From a virus (taxonomy: Duplodnaviria > Caudoviricetes), in IMG/VR virus record IMGVR_UViG_3300021256_000002, positions 189,297 through 253,296 of that record: a stretch of DNA of 64,000 bases. One strand, given 5' to 3'. Positions 40,158 to 50,045 of this stretch are shown here, piece after piece (positions within the stretch are counted from its first letter, which is position 1; every line of letters starts with the position of its first letter). A program made the translations under genes and the position numbers. The notes under the pieces were generated by a model that did no database searches, was not told the origin of the DNA, and saw only the letters and a list, made by a program, of their open reading frames with translations.

Positions 40158-42161
40158 TCAACTTTTGAAATTAAATCTTTCAAAAGCTTCTGTTAGAGAT
40201 ATTACAGGAATCCCTAATTCCTTAGCCTTCTTTATCTTACTAGAAGACTGCTCTGGATTGAGTGCTATAACCAATCCAGTTTTCTTTGATACATGGTCAT
40301 CTACTGCGATTCCCCCCTTCAATAAATGTGCCTCGAAGTCTGGGTTTCTAAAGCCAGTGAAAACAGCTCTTATCTCAGCCGTCTTATTCTTAACTATTTT
40401 CACATGATCTACCAAATATCTGAGTAGGTCAATATTCTCACTGACACCCTGAACGAACTTCTCGGCAGTAGCTACACCAAGACCTTTTATCTGATGTAAC
40501 TTGGATATAATATATGGTTGAAATTCGTTTTGAATAATTGAGTCTAGAGGAATTTGGTCAATTATCAATTGAGCCTTCTTCGTCTTTATCCCAGTTATTC
40601 CGACACTACCAAGAATCTGAGCTTCTGTAGCTTTTAGATTATTCATAGCATCTGCTATTTGTTTAGCACTCGTTCCACCATATCCATCAAGCTCTGCAAT
40701 CTTCAACACGTTCCATTTCAAAGCGAAGAGGTCTTCAATCTTTGTAACGATACCATGATGAAAGAGGTCTTCTATTGTAGTTGGACCTATCCCTTTGATT
40801 TTCATAACCTCTATGAAGTTATAAATCTTACCCATCTGACGGCTTGGACAATCTTTGTTTTCACAGAATGGCTGATTATCAAAGTTCAGCATCTCTCCAC
40901 AATACGGACAGAGCATAATTGGTTTGATTGGTTCCTTTCCAGATTTATTCTGCTCACAATACTCATCTTTACCAATACGAGGTACGGTATTCAAAGTTAC
41001 CATACAAGTATCCCCTACAGCAAAGTTGAATATTTTCATTCTATCATACGAACCCAAAGACGCTTTCTGGATTATTCGTCCATCAATCTTTATCGGTTCA
41101 AATCTGGCTGTATATGAAACCTTACCCATCAGACCAATATCCTGTATTATCTCAATTATCTTGCTATAATACGGTTTAGGTCTAAACTTAAGAGCAGTTT
41201 CGAAGTTATTTGTATTTCTACCATAATTTCTTCCTAATCCATCAATAAGTTCTCTATCCATCCAGCGGACAACTATACCATCACATGGTAGAAAATACTT
41301 ATCGATATCCTTCTTGGTAGATTCTATTATATGAGTTAAATCCTTAGTAAAGTCAGTATCTACCACAAGAGTCTTTACAGGACCATATTTCTTATCCATT
41401 ATCGGATAAAGTTTACCTTCACACTCAATCATTAGTGGTGCTAAGGTAAGATACTTCTCCATATTCTCAGTATACACATCAGAACTCATCAGAGAAATCG
41501 CTGCTGCTCTTGGGTCAGCCAATTCTCCATTGAAGAACTTCTTGTTATACTTCTCGAAATCAGAGAATCCTACTACGGTTTCTACCTTCAATCCAACTTT
41601 CTTACCATTGAATTCTTCAGGTATTACACCAAGTATCTGAATCCCTTTAAATAGATTAGTTTTATCTACTCCAAGGTCACTATCAGCATACCCACGAGTA
41701 ACTGCTTTAGTCACTCTGCGTTCTTCATCCAAACTCAATACCAATGAAGCTCCATCTATCTTGCGATAGAAACCAAGAGTACCACAACCATCTTTCGGCA
41801 TCGTTTTACGTATCCAATCTTCAAGAGTGTCATACTCTTTTATCTGATTAGGATCATTACGCTTTTCCTCATTGGTTGTATAATGAACCTTCGTAATAGT
41901 TCCTTTGAGCTCAGGATAATCATGCTCAACACGAGTATTCCTGTCGTCTTCACCAGATATCATATCACCAGTCAAATTGGTATATATCGAATGAATCTGG
42001 TCATATTCATCATCAGTCAATCCAGTAGGAGTTCCTACTCGATATTTTTCATCACATGATAGAAGAACCTGATGAAGTTCTTCTAACTCTTTATCTGACG
42101 GAGCATAGTTACCTTTAGCAAATGCCTTAGTTACATCTGCATATACTTTATAAACATCCAT
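40158..42161 (-). CDS. ligA: NAD-dependent DNA ligase
   Basis: TDDEYD, KIDG adenylation motif, VTRG, DGIVV, CPYC...CENKDC Zn finger, HhH repeats, C-terminal BRCT (VFTG...SSSKIKKAKELGIP). Confidence 0.95.
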   Translation of the reverse strand: MDVYKVYADVTKAFAKGNYAPSDKELEELHQVLLSCDEKYRVGTPTGLTDDEYDQIHSIYTNLTGDMISGEDDRNTRVEHDYPELKGTITKVHYTTNEEKRNDPNQIKEYDTLEDWIRKTMPKDGCGTLGFYRKIDGASLVLSLDEERRVTKAVTRGYADSDLGVDKTNLFKGIQILGVIPEEFNGKKVGLKVETVVGFSDFEKYNKKFFNGELADPRAAAISLMSSDVYTENMEKYLTLAPLMIECEGKLYPIMDKKYGPVKTLVVDTDFTKDLTHIIESTKKDIDKYFLPCDGIVVRWMDRELIDGLGRNYGRNTNNFETALKFRPKPYYSKIIEIIQDIGLMGKVSYTARFEPIKIDGRIIQKASLGSYDRMKIFNFAVGDTCMVTLNTVPRIGKDEYCEQNKSGKEPIKPIMLCPYCGEMLNFDNQPFCENKDCPSRQMGKIYNFIEVMKIKGIGPTTIEDLFHHGIVTKIEDLFALKWNVLKIAELDGYGGTSAKQIADAMNNLKATEAQILGSVGITGIKTKKAQLIIDQIPLDSIIQNEFQPYIISKLHQIKGLGVATAEKFVQGVSENIDLLRYLVDHVKIVKNKTAEIRAVFTGFRNPDFEAHLLKGGIAVDDHVSKKTGLVIALNPEQSSSKIKKAKELGIPVISLTEAFERFNFKS

Positions 42162-42333
42162 ATTATCGTCTCCTTTCTTAATAATACTTCGTCTTCACAT
42201 TGTAATAATATATATTTAAAAGAAAAGATAAGAAATTAATAAAAGAATCAGAGCCTGTGGGGGTGGCTCTGATTCATCGTTATCACAAAATCGCGCTCGA
42301 CGAAATACGCGATCTCATGTAATAACCAACTAA

Positions 42334-42852
42334 TTAGTAGGATGGTTGCTGGAGACTCAGCTTCAGCTTAGCAGAGAGTTTTTCCATGAATGCGGATTCT
42401 CTCTGCTCTTTCGGCTGAGTTTCCTCGTCCTTATACAACGCGTTGAGAATCTCTTTTGGAGATTTCCCAGCGAGCTCCATCGAAGTGATGAGCGAGAGTC
42501 TGTCGGTTGCATCCTGATGAAGAACTTTAGCTTCAATTGTTTTGGTGAAGCGTTCTTTGTCCTCTTTCTTTGCAACGGACATCTCCTTGACCATCTCCTC
42601 GATGTCCGAGGTATCCAATCCAAGTTTGCTCGCATACCGCTTTGCAAGGTCAATCGTTTTCTGATCTTCCTCACTCAGCTTCGGCTGCTCGGGCTCTTGC
42701 TTGGGTTCCTGCGGTTGCTGCTCCTGTTCCGGAGCTGGAGCTGGATCACCACTAGACTGGGAAGCGAGTAAAGCTTGTAATCTTGCAGTCAGCTTTTCGT
42801 TTTCCTCCTTAAGTCTAGTAATCTCGTTGTACATGTCATTTTTCTTTCCCAT
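42334..42852 (-). CDS. Coiled-coil hypothetical protein with P/E/Q linker
   Basis: AGGAGG RBS; early promoter at ~43010; terminator at 42242-42275. Confidence 0.8.
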   Translation of the reverse strand: MGKKNDMYNEITRLKEENEKLTARLQALLASQSSGDPAPAPEQEQQPQEPKQEPEQPKLSEEDQKTIDLAKRYASKLGLDTSDIEEMVKEMSVAKKEDKERFTKTIEAKVLHQDATDRLSLITSMELAGKSPKEILNALYKDEETQPKEQRESAFMEKLSAKLKLSLQQPSY

Positions 42853-42998
42853 AGTAATTCCTCCTATTTTTTACATGGTTTTATTTGCGATTCACGATGC
42901 ATCAGATTACTTAATTCACCCCACTTAGCAGGCTTTGATTTGCGCCCCTTTTGTATTACATAGGTTAGCTTAAGCCACATCATAATGCATTATGACAC

Positions 42999-43232
42999 CT
43001 ATATATTATATATTTGAAAATTAAGTTGAAATATTGCCCAATCCATTTGAGCCGCTAATTTCTTGTATGGGAACCACCCTCGCTCTTTATTTGTGATTTT
43101 ATATTTCAGTATTTCCCATACTAATGAGTTTACGTTATATTCAATAGGGAAGCCTACCCTTGGATGGTAGATTGCTTTGGTAACATTATTATATTCATCA
43201 AGTTCAAAACTGTATCTAAACTTCGGTCTCAT
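42999..43232 (-). CDS. Hypothetical protein
   Basis: AGAAGGT RBS, 77 aa. Confidence 0.6.
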   Translation of the reverse strand: MRPKFRYSFELDEYNNVTKAIYHPRVGFPIEYNVNSLVWEILKYKITNKERGWFPYKKLAAQMDWAIFQLNFQIYNI

Positions 43233-43300
43233 CGTGTTACCTTCTTTTGGATAATAGATAAGGTAGTAGAATAACTCTACTACCTTAAATATACCGTTTT

Positions 43301-45592
43301 TTAGTCAAAATCGTTTTCTACATCAAGAACAGTTTTACCTGCCATGCGATACTTGACTTTACGTTTGAATTTCTGATATTTCTCTTCAAGTTGTTCAGGA
43401 GTAAATTTCTTAGCATTCACTCGCTGATTGAAGTTCATTCTCAAAGTATGTTCGATGATGATTTCTCTCATCTTGGTCTTAGTGACCAAATAAGTCTGTC
43501 CTTTCCAATTATAGTAATTTGTAGTACCAGTATCCACCCACAGACGTTCACCATCAAACGGGAACTTGATTTCAAGACCCAAAGACTTCAGCTCAGCATT
43601 GAGAATCTCAACATTACGGTTGAGGAATTTTCTTTTGACCTTGAACTTCTTCTTTGTTAGTGGATTGGTTACGTACAACTTACCAGTTTCACGTCTAGCC
43701 ATTGGAGAATTGCGATAGAACAGATGTTGCTTGGCAAGAATGAACTGATGTACACCTATACCAAGATTATTGTTCTCATCACGTCCAATTGCGATTGGTG
43801 TATTGGAATGCAGAATCTCATTCGTTTTGACCTTATTGGACTTTTCAGGCACACCTTTCTGAGATAAGAAACCAGTTGAGCGTGCAGAGAAGTTCTTTTC
43901 AGAAGTTTGTTTCAACTTCAGCATATACTTCTCACCAACAATCAATTTGTTCATGATTGGGATAGTTCTACCCCATTTATCTACGTATACCTGTTCACGT
44001 TCAATATTGAACTCTTTACGAATCCTTTCAATCTTCTCAATTGCAGGCATATCATCCCACATTGGAGGATAGTTGACAAAGATTCCATAGTCGTAAATAT
44101 TCTGCCAGAACTTATCCTGTTGCTTCTTGGTCTTAAGTTTAGCATATCCTTTACGAACTTTATCCGCCTCACCGTACTCATTGAAGTATTTGAGATACTT
44201 CATGAGGTAATCGAATCTTTCTTTGTTGGTCTTCATGTCATGCTCAAGGCGATAAGCAATAACATTAGACGAGTGATTGATACTCATTTCAATCCACTGG
44301 AACGGATTCAATCTGTTAGGGCAACTTAATGGATTTACGATAACATCAAGCGGTCTACGTTCACCATTAGGAAGAATGATGTACGGCATCTTTTCATCAT
44401 CTACCATTTTAGATACAACGCCTTTATCACCATATCTACCAGTTATCTTTGACCCGATATTGACAGGAATATCACGAACCAACTTGATATCAATCATGAA
44501 GTTCGAGTATTCACTATCATTATTTCTCCATACATAATCCGGATCAAGAATATGACGAAGACGTGCTGTCATATAACCAATATCATCAGAATACTTAGAA
44601 CCACTTGATACAATCTTTTCACAGATTTCCAAACATTCATTCTGATATCTCAATTGGTTTCTGAGATAATACAGCACTTGCTGGTTGTATACGGTATCAG
44701 GGATTTCTTCAATCTGTTTATTAGAATAGATATCAATATCCACCACGATACCACCAGTCGATAAGAATGGTTTATCACTCAACGGCTGAAGCTTCATCAT
44801 ATTAGATTTCTTCATATCGTAGAGTATCTGGTCGTTAATGATACGACGCTTTGCGGCAACGATACGATTTTTTATCGGTTCACCAATATCAGGGAAGCTT
44901 TTATAGATTTCAGAATCTCCATATAAATTAAGGAGGAAATCGTTGTCATTTACACCAAAGAATACAGAATCGTTTTTGATAGAAACCATATCCTTGGCAA
45001 ATCCTTTACGAACAAAGTAGGCATCTTCGATATTGAATGGATGAAGCATTACACCTACAAGAGCGTTCTTACCAAATCTGTAGTTGTTATCCTTATCAAA
45101 GGAAGTTGATTTGTACAGAACTTCACCTTTCTCAATCCAATCTCCTTTATTGAGAGAATTGAAGTGCTCATTGTTATAAAGGAATCCATAATTTTCAGTG
45201 AGTTCTTCGCTAATGCGTTTAACTCTCACATCATAAAAATCTTTCTCTTTGTTATAGAGAAAGAGAGCAAAAATGTGTCCCGGATAATCTTCGAACTTTT
45301 CAACTCGTTCGATTACTTCATAATCATCATCTGATCTAACAATAGCAGACGATTTCCTTCCGAAGGTATTCTCATAACCTCCGAATACTCTTGGAAATTC
45401 CGGGTTGATAAGAGTATTGAATTGCTTCATGTGATTAACGTACATCGTTAATCGGGTTGCTGACGTATACTGCGGGAATGACAGTAAAGTTGAACCAAGG
45501 AAGTCAATTTTATGATCGTACTCCTTGTTCTTTTCTTCCAGCAGACTATCAAGACCTAACGTGTCTTGGTTCTTATAGTTCGCCAATGTCAT
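43301..45592 (-). CDS. rpoB: Multisubunit RNA polymerase beta C-terminal subunit (no introns)
   Basis: RLTMYVNHMKQ, GKNALV, FNIEDA, GSKITGRYGDKGVV, DVIVNPLSCPNRLN, YMLKLKQ...SARSTG. Confidence 0.93.
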   Translation of the reverse strand: MTLANYKNQDTLGLDSLLEEKNKEYDHKIDFLGSTLLSFPQYTSATRLTMYVNHMKQFNTLINPEFPRVFGGYENTFGRKSSAIVRSDDDYEVIERVEKFEDYPGHIFALFLYNKEKDFYDVRVKRISEELTENYGFLYNNEHFNSLNKGDWIEKGEVLYKSTSFDKDNNYRFGKNALVGVMLHPFNIEDAYFVRKGFAKDMVSIKNDSVFFGVNDNDFLLNLYGDSEIYKSFPDIGEPIKNRIVAAKRRIINDQILYDMKKSNMMKLQPLSDKPFLSTGGIVVDIDIYSNKQIEEIPDTVYNQQVLYYLRNQLRYQNECLEICEKIVSSGSKYSDDIGYMTARLRHILDPDYVWRNNDSEYSNFMIDIKLVRDIPVNIGSKITGRYGDKGVVSKMVDDEKMPYIILPNGERRPLDVIVNPLSCPNRLNPFQWIEMSINHSSNVIAYRLEHDMKTNKERFDYLMKYLKYFNEYGEADKVRKGYAKLKTKKQQDKFWQNIYDYGIFVNYPPMWDDMPAIEKIERIRKEFNIEREQVYVDKWGRTIPIMNKLIVGEKYMLKLKQTSEKNFSARSTGFLSQKGVPEKSNKVKTNEILHSNTPIAIGRDENNNLGIGVHQFILAKQHLFYRNSPMARRETGKLYVTNPLTKKKFKVKRKFLNRNVEILNAELKSLGLEIKFPFDGERLWVDTGTTNYYNWKGQTYLVTKTKMREIIIEHTLRMNFNQRVNAKKFTPEQLEEKYQKFKRKVKYRMAGKTVLDVENDFD

Positions 45593-45694
45593 CCTTCCTT
45601 TCTAAATAGAAATAGTTTTGTGTTACACCAACATATAATATGTAGTTGAAATCTCGATTAAAAAATAGAGAGTATTACAAGCGACTAAAAGGAG

Positions 45695-46723
45695 GTGCCG
45701 GTGATGTATATCGACGTCGGAGGGCTAGCGAATCAAGAGCCCGAGAACGAATTTGAAGCAATGAAACGTGAAATAAGCGAGTTATCAAATTTACATGGAA
45801 ATTATGACGATGAAGATGATCCGGATACTGAACTATTTAAGAACGGTAAGAAAAAGAAGAAAAAGAAACATAAAAAAGGGCGGTTTGTCGACGACCGTAT
45901 CGATATGTTGCTCGGTGACGAAGATCTTGATAATGATGACGATATCCTACTGGGTGACGATATCATATCGAAGAAAAAACCTAAAAAAGGAAAAGTAGAT
46001 ATCTTTGATATCAAAGCTGCAAAGAAGAAGCGTAAGAAGAATATTGAAGCAAAGTTTGCTCCTCAACTTACGTTACTTCGTAAGCTTCTCAAAGATGCTG
46101 AGATGACAACTGCCGATGCTAACGAGATATTCCAAAAGATGAAAGCTAGTAGTCGGTACGTTGGAAAGAATCTCGTTGATTTACTTTCTGCTATCAACTC
46201 ATCGAATAGTACTAGAGCTAGTATTATTCGAGACATTTCTAACATCAATAAAACTATCATCGATCTTCAGCTCAAAGAAAGTAAGGGCAAGAAAGATGAT
46301 GATGGTAAAGATAAGAACATGGAAGAGTTCGGTGCAGATTTCTTCTCCAGAATGTTTGGTGGAGGAAATAAGAAAAGCCTCAAAGAACAGGCTAGAGACT
46401 ATTACAATGCTCAAGATTATGATGACGACTACGATTACGAAGCGGAAGATAGTTATATATCTGAAAGATTGTCTAATGAAAGTGGTCGTAGCGCAGATGG
46501 AGATGCTTATATCAAATATGAACATCTTCAGCCTCAGGATTGTATTTTATACCATAGCGATGGTAGTTGGGAAACCGCTGCTATTGACAAAACTGGTGCT
46601 CTTATGGATGATGATTATCCTGTTATACCAAAAGAAAATCTTGGTGAAGTACGATTCAATTTAGAGGACCATAAAGCAACTGATGTATCTGGAAGAATAT
46701 TCAAGATAATCGAAGTTGATTAA
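45695..46723 (+). CDS. Highly charged hypothetical protein
   Basis: 342 aa; AAGGAGG RBS suggests a start at 45701/45704; alternating poly-K and acidic blocks. Confidence 0.8.
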   Translation: MPVMYIDVGGLANQEPENEFEAMKREISELSNLHGNYDDEDDPDTELFKNGKKKKKKKHKKGRFVDDRIDMLLGDEDLDNDDDILLGDDIISKKKPKKGKVDIFDIKAAKKKRKKNIEAKFAPQLTLLRKLLKDAEMTTADANEIFQKMKASSRYVGKNLVDLLSAINSSNSTRASIIRDISNINKTIIDLQLKESKGKKDDDGKDKNMEEFGADFFSRMFGGGNKKSLKEQARDYYNAQDYDDDYDYEAEDSYISERLSNESGRSADGDAYIKYEHLQPQDCILYHSDGSWETAAIDKTGALMDDDYPVIPKENLGEVRFNLEDHKATDVSGRIFKIIEVD

Positions 46724-46778
46724 AACAAAAGAAAGCAGGTTGGATGTAGAGTCCACCTGCTTTTTTCTTGTTTGGAGT

Positions 46779-47186
46779 TTACTCCCACGGGAAGCGGCTA
46801 GAGAAGCTGCTGCGTTTTACCGCAACTTCTTCTCTGATTTGATACTCGCGCTCTGCAGAGCGCGCGTCTCTACGCTCTTCTTCAGCGTAGTGGCGTGCTC
46901 TACGGAGTTCGTTGAACAACACACGATAACGTGCACTGTCGCTCGAGGTTGCGCGGGGGTCGCGGAGCCACTGCTCCAACGAGCGGCATTCACGTTCGAG
47001 CCGCTCGACTTCGCTCAACCAGTAATTGCACCGGCGAGCGTGCAGTTCATACTTATCGTATGACTGCTGGGCGCGGTCTGCCGCCCATTGGTAATCATCC
47101 TCAGCTTGTTGGCGACGAGATTCCTTAATGGAATCCGTAACATCATCCAGAACGCCGAGTAACCAGTTACCAAGGATCGTTGCCAT
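46779..47186 (-). CDS. Early R/E-rich helical hypothetical protein (monocistronic cassette)
   Basis: AGGAGG RBS, promoter at ~47292, terminator at 46728-46769, GC-rich. Confidence 0.8.
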   Translation of the reverse strand: MATILGNWLLGVLDDVTDSIKESRRQQAEDDYQWAADRAQQSYDKYELHARRCNYWLSEVERLERECRSLEQWLRDPRATSSDSARYRVLFNELRRARHYAEEERRDARSAEREYQIREEVAVKRSSFSSRFPWE

Positions 47187-47349
47187 GATAAATTCCTCCT
47201 AAGAATTATCATCTCCCGTACGCATTGGGAGGAATCCTAAAAGCTATCTTAGCGAATGAAGTTGGATTCGACTCTTCATCTACCAATATAATATATATTT
47301 GAGGTAATCAACTTTTAGGTATTATATTCTAAGCCATAAACATAATAGT

Positions 47350-47455
47350 AATGCGAATTTCTTTTTTTGCCATATATCATATACACTGGCTCTCTGCACG
47401 ACGCGGATTGCTAAGAAGGTATACAACCTGGAGGGGTTGTATACCTTCTATTTTG
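47350..47455 (+). ncRNA. Candidate ~105-nt late sRNA
   Basis: AAACATAATAGTAA promoter (47338-47351), no credible sense ORF, 3' hairpin GAAGGTATACAACC/GGTTGTATACCTTC followed by TATTTT. Confidence 0.5.
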
Positions 47456-47770
47456 TCAGCCACGTACAATAGTAACAACTTGTGGTGCTTTGTTAGCAAA
47501 TTCTTCTAAACCGATTATCATTGTACGAAGTAATGTCTCGGTTTGAAGATCTGGAATGGATTTAAGCTTTACGTGAAATTTACCTTCATCTATATCGCAT
47601 TCCACATTATGATGCAAATAGTCTCTAAGACCATACATTGTTGTTTGGGCTAATGTAGATATACCGGCACAGACGATGTCATATCCTTTTGGAGCTACAT
47701 TACTATGCCCGTCGATATCATACCCAACAACCTGACCTTTGATGTTTTCTTTGATTCTTACAACAATCAT
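47456..47770 (-). CDS. prp: Prp ribosomal-processing cysteine protease (DUF464)
   Basis: IDGHS...GYDIVCAGISTL with catalytic His and Cys; TMIIGLEE..P; 104 aa. Confidence 0.92.
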   Translation of the reverse strand: MIVVRIKENIKGQVVGYDIDGHSNVAPKGYDIVCAGISTLAQTTMYGLRDYLHHNVECDIDEGKFHVKLKSIPDLQTETLLRTMIIGLEEFANKAPQVVTIVRG

Positions 47771-47788
47771 CGTTTAATCACCTTTTCT

Positions 47789-48952
47789 TCATTCTCTAGT
47801 ACGCTGAATTGTTATAACGAAGAATGTAAATATTGCTTTACGGAAGAATCCTACCGTACCAACTGCATTATGCTTCTTATAATCAGCGGAATATTTATCA
47901 ATCCATTTGTCTAGGATATCTTTGATTTTTATGATGTTGGGGTCTTGGGTATTAGCCCTTTTATAGACACCCATGCAGAATACAAAGAATTCACTACCAT
48001 GAAGATTCTCTTTACTATTATTAGCATCGAAGAGGAATAGATATAAGATAGCGCTTATCAAATCATGCATATCAGTACGAGTTGCTCTATCTTTGCAAAT
48101 AGCATCAATACAATTCCTGAGAGCATTTACGCTTACATCATTTCCTTTTGCTGCAACTCTTACCAAAGTACTATTAGGACCTTGAGTACTCATCTTCATT
48201 ACTACAGCATCAGCAGTTCGAGTAATCAAATAGCTATTACTATCCGCAGTAGAGAAGTTTTCTTCATCCTCATTATCAGTCTCAAAGTTCAAATAGTTCT
48301 TCAGTTCATGTTGTTTCATGAATTCCTTAGTGAAATTTTTCATGAAGCCATTCAATCTGGTTTTGATAGAAAGAATGTAATCTACAATATCTTTATCATT
48401 ACCTCGAATGATTTGTTTAGCATAATGCTCATCTGAACGTACAGATGTTTCAACGATTGCCTGTAAGAGATTACCAGTTTGCTTGAGTTTGAACTTCTCA
48501 CTCATCTGATTGATTGTATACGCAACAATCTGCTCATTTGGTTCGTATTTGAAATACTTTCGATGAATAGAAGAATACATACTCAAAGCAATATATAATA
48601 CAGCTGAATTCTTATACTTCGTATTCTTATTGATAGCAAAGAATCGAATAATTAAAGCCATGATGATATTAAAAGAATTACCAGCGTTGGTATTCTCTTT
48701 AATCGAAGGAGATTTCTTAACAATCGTGTCAATTTGCTCAGGGGTCAATCCAATAAGATTGAATACCTTATTACGGTCACCATCGGTAAATATCAATCGT
48801 TTGGTTGGACCAATTGTACTGAGTCTGTCAATATTTTTATCAACGTAAGCACTTACAATTTCATTGAACTTATCCTGATTTCGTTTATTTGATAAAACAG
48901 ATTTTACCTTAGGATATAAGGCATCTATAACTAAAGTTGTCATAAATTTCAC
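47789..48952 (-). CDS. Hypothetical late protein
   Basis: 387-aa ORF behind GACA-N6-TAA (48980-48968). Confidence 0.8.
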   Translation of the reverse strand: MKFMTTLVIDALYPKVKSVLSNKRNQDKFNEIVSAYVDKNIDRLSTIGPTKRLIFTDGDRNKVFNLIGLTPEQIDTIVKKSPSIKENTNAGNSFNIIMALIIRFFAINKNTKYKNSAVLYIALSMYSSIHRKYFKYEPNEQIVAYTINQMSEKFKLKQTGNLLQAIVETSVRSDEHYAKQIIRGNDKDIVDYILSIKTRLNGFMKNFTKEFMKQHELKNYLNFETDNEDEENFSTADSNSYLITRTADAVVMKMSTQGPNSTLVRVAAKGNDVSVNALRNCIDAICKDRATRTDMHDLISAILYLFLFDANNSKENLHGSEFFVFCMGVYKRANTQDPNIIKIKDILDKWIDKYSADYKKHNAVGTVGFFRKAIFTFFVITIQRTRE

Positions 48953-49062
48953 CTACTTATCATATCATTAAAGTTCTGTCGGATTATAGTAAATTCCTAG
49001 AAATACCTATATATAAATATATATTATATTGGTAGATACATCGAACGAAAGGAGGTGTTAAT

Positions 49063-49509
49063 ATGTTCGTTCGCTGGATCGGTGCTTTCAGAAAGCACGA
49101 AGGTGGGGTTCTCGATTCTATCTCCTATGAGATGGGACGAGAAGACCCCGCTGCGTGTGAGCGTATCACACGTAACAGCAAGACCGAAGTTTTCGCGCGT
49201 GTTGGTCTTGCTGTGAAACCCGACCACGTGTACCGCAATTTCCAGAGTGATGTCTGGAGTGTGTATACGGAGGACGGCCAGCTGAAGAGGACTCGTAATG
49301 AGTCTACTTCACGATGGAAAGAATCCTGGTGTAAACCAGGAGGCTTCGATGCTATCGTAATATCAGCTGGTTGGTGGACGCTACGCAAACATGTCCGTGA
49401 GGACATCAAGCTGGCATCTGCTGAATTCGGTCTTCGTATCCTGCAACTTAAGAAGGATAAGGTGCAGGATATTACGTCTTTCGCTCACTGTGCCGAAGCA
49501 ACGCAGTGA
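49063..49509 (+). CDS. Early hypothetical protein
   Basis: Promoter at 49016, AAAGGAGG RBS, GC-richer. Confidence 0.8.
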   Translation: MFVRWIGAFRKHEGGVLDSISYEMGREDPAACERITRNSKTEVFARVGLAVKPDHVYRNFQSDVWSVYTEDGQLKRTRNESTSRWKESWCKPGGFDAIVISAGWWTLRKHVREDIKLASAEFGLRILQLKKDKVQDITSFAHCAEATQ

Positions 49510-49950
49510 GCAATCCTTCAATACCACATAAGGAGGTGGTTAAATTGCTTCACGTATCCTTCCGCCCCAGTCCTCAGGGGTGCTATGTTAGCTACGTTGT
49601 TAGCTAATGTAGTGTGGGTTTTGGGCAAACCGCTGAAAACAGGCACCCAGGCCAACGTTGCCGAAGTAGTCCACTGGAACTATCAGTTAGTCGCGATAGT
49701 TCTGCAGTGGTGACGCGAGAAGGAGAGGAGAGTAGGTTCCACTCTGAACGGTCCGTGTCCATGCCTTGTAACGATACGAAGAATCGCATGGGACGTCTTC
49801 ACTGGAGGCGGCGACACCAGTGCGGGGAGTCAATTTGTCGTAAGACTTCCGAGGAGCAGGCGCTCTAAGTGAAATCCCCGAGCGGGAGCCAAGGTTGACG
49901 ACCTTGATGGGGAGAGTAATAAACTTTATTGAAGAAAGGGTGTGATTCCA
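49510..49950 (+). ncRNA. Candidate large structured ncRNA (~440 nt)
   Basis: About ten GC-rich helices, several with G-U pairs, 5'/3' closing pairings, terminator at 49963-49993. Confidence 0.6.
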
Positions 49951-50045
49951 ATGAACTAAGTTGAAGAAAGAGCGTTGCTCTTTCTTTTCTTTTATCAGCC
50001 CATCGGACAGCACTTTAAAGATTAATAAGAAAGCGAGGGTTACAA

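Noticed and set aside
49510-49950. tmRNA, RNase P RNA, c-di-GMP-I riboswitch, IscB omega-RNA, or the ORFs at 49604-50013
   Set aside because: No tRNA-like ends, no GAGGAAAGUCC, GGCAAAC...GAAA lacks the GACGCAAA half, omega-like words are in the wrong order with no iscB nearby, and the ORFs lack RBS support.
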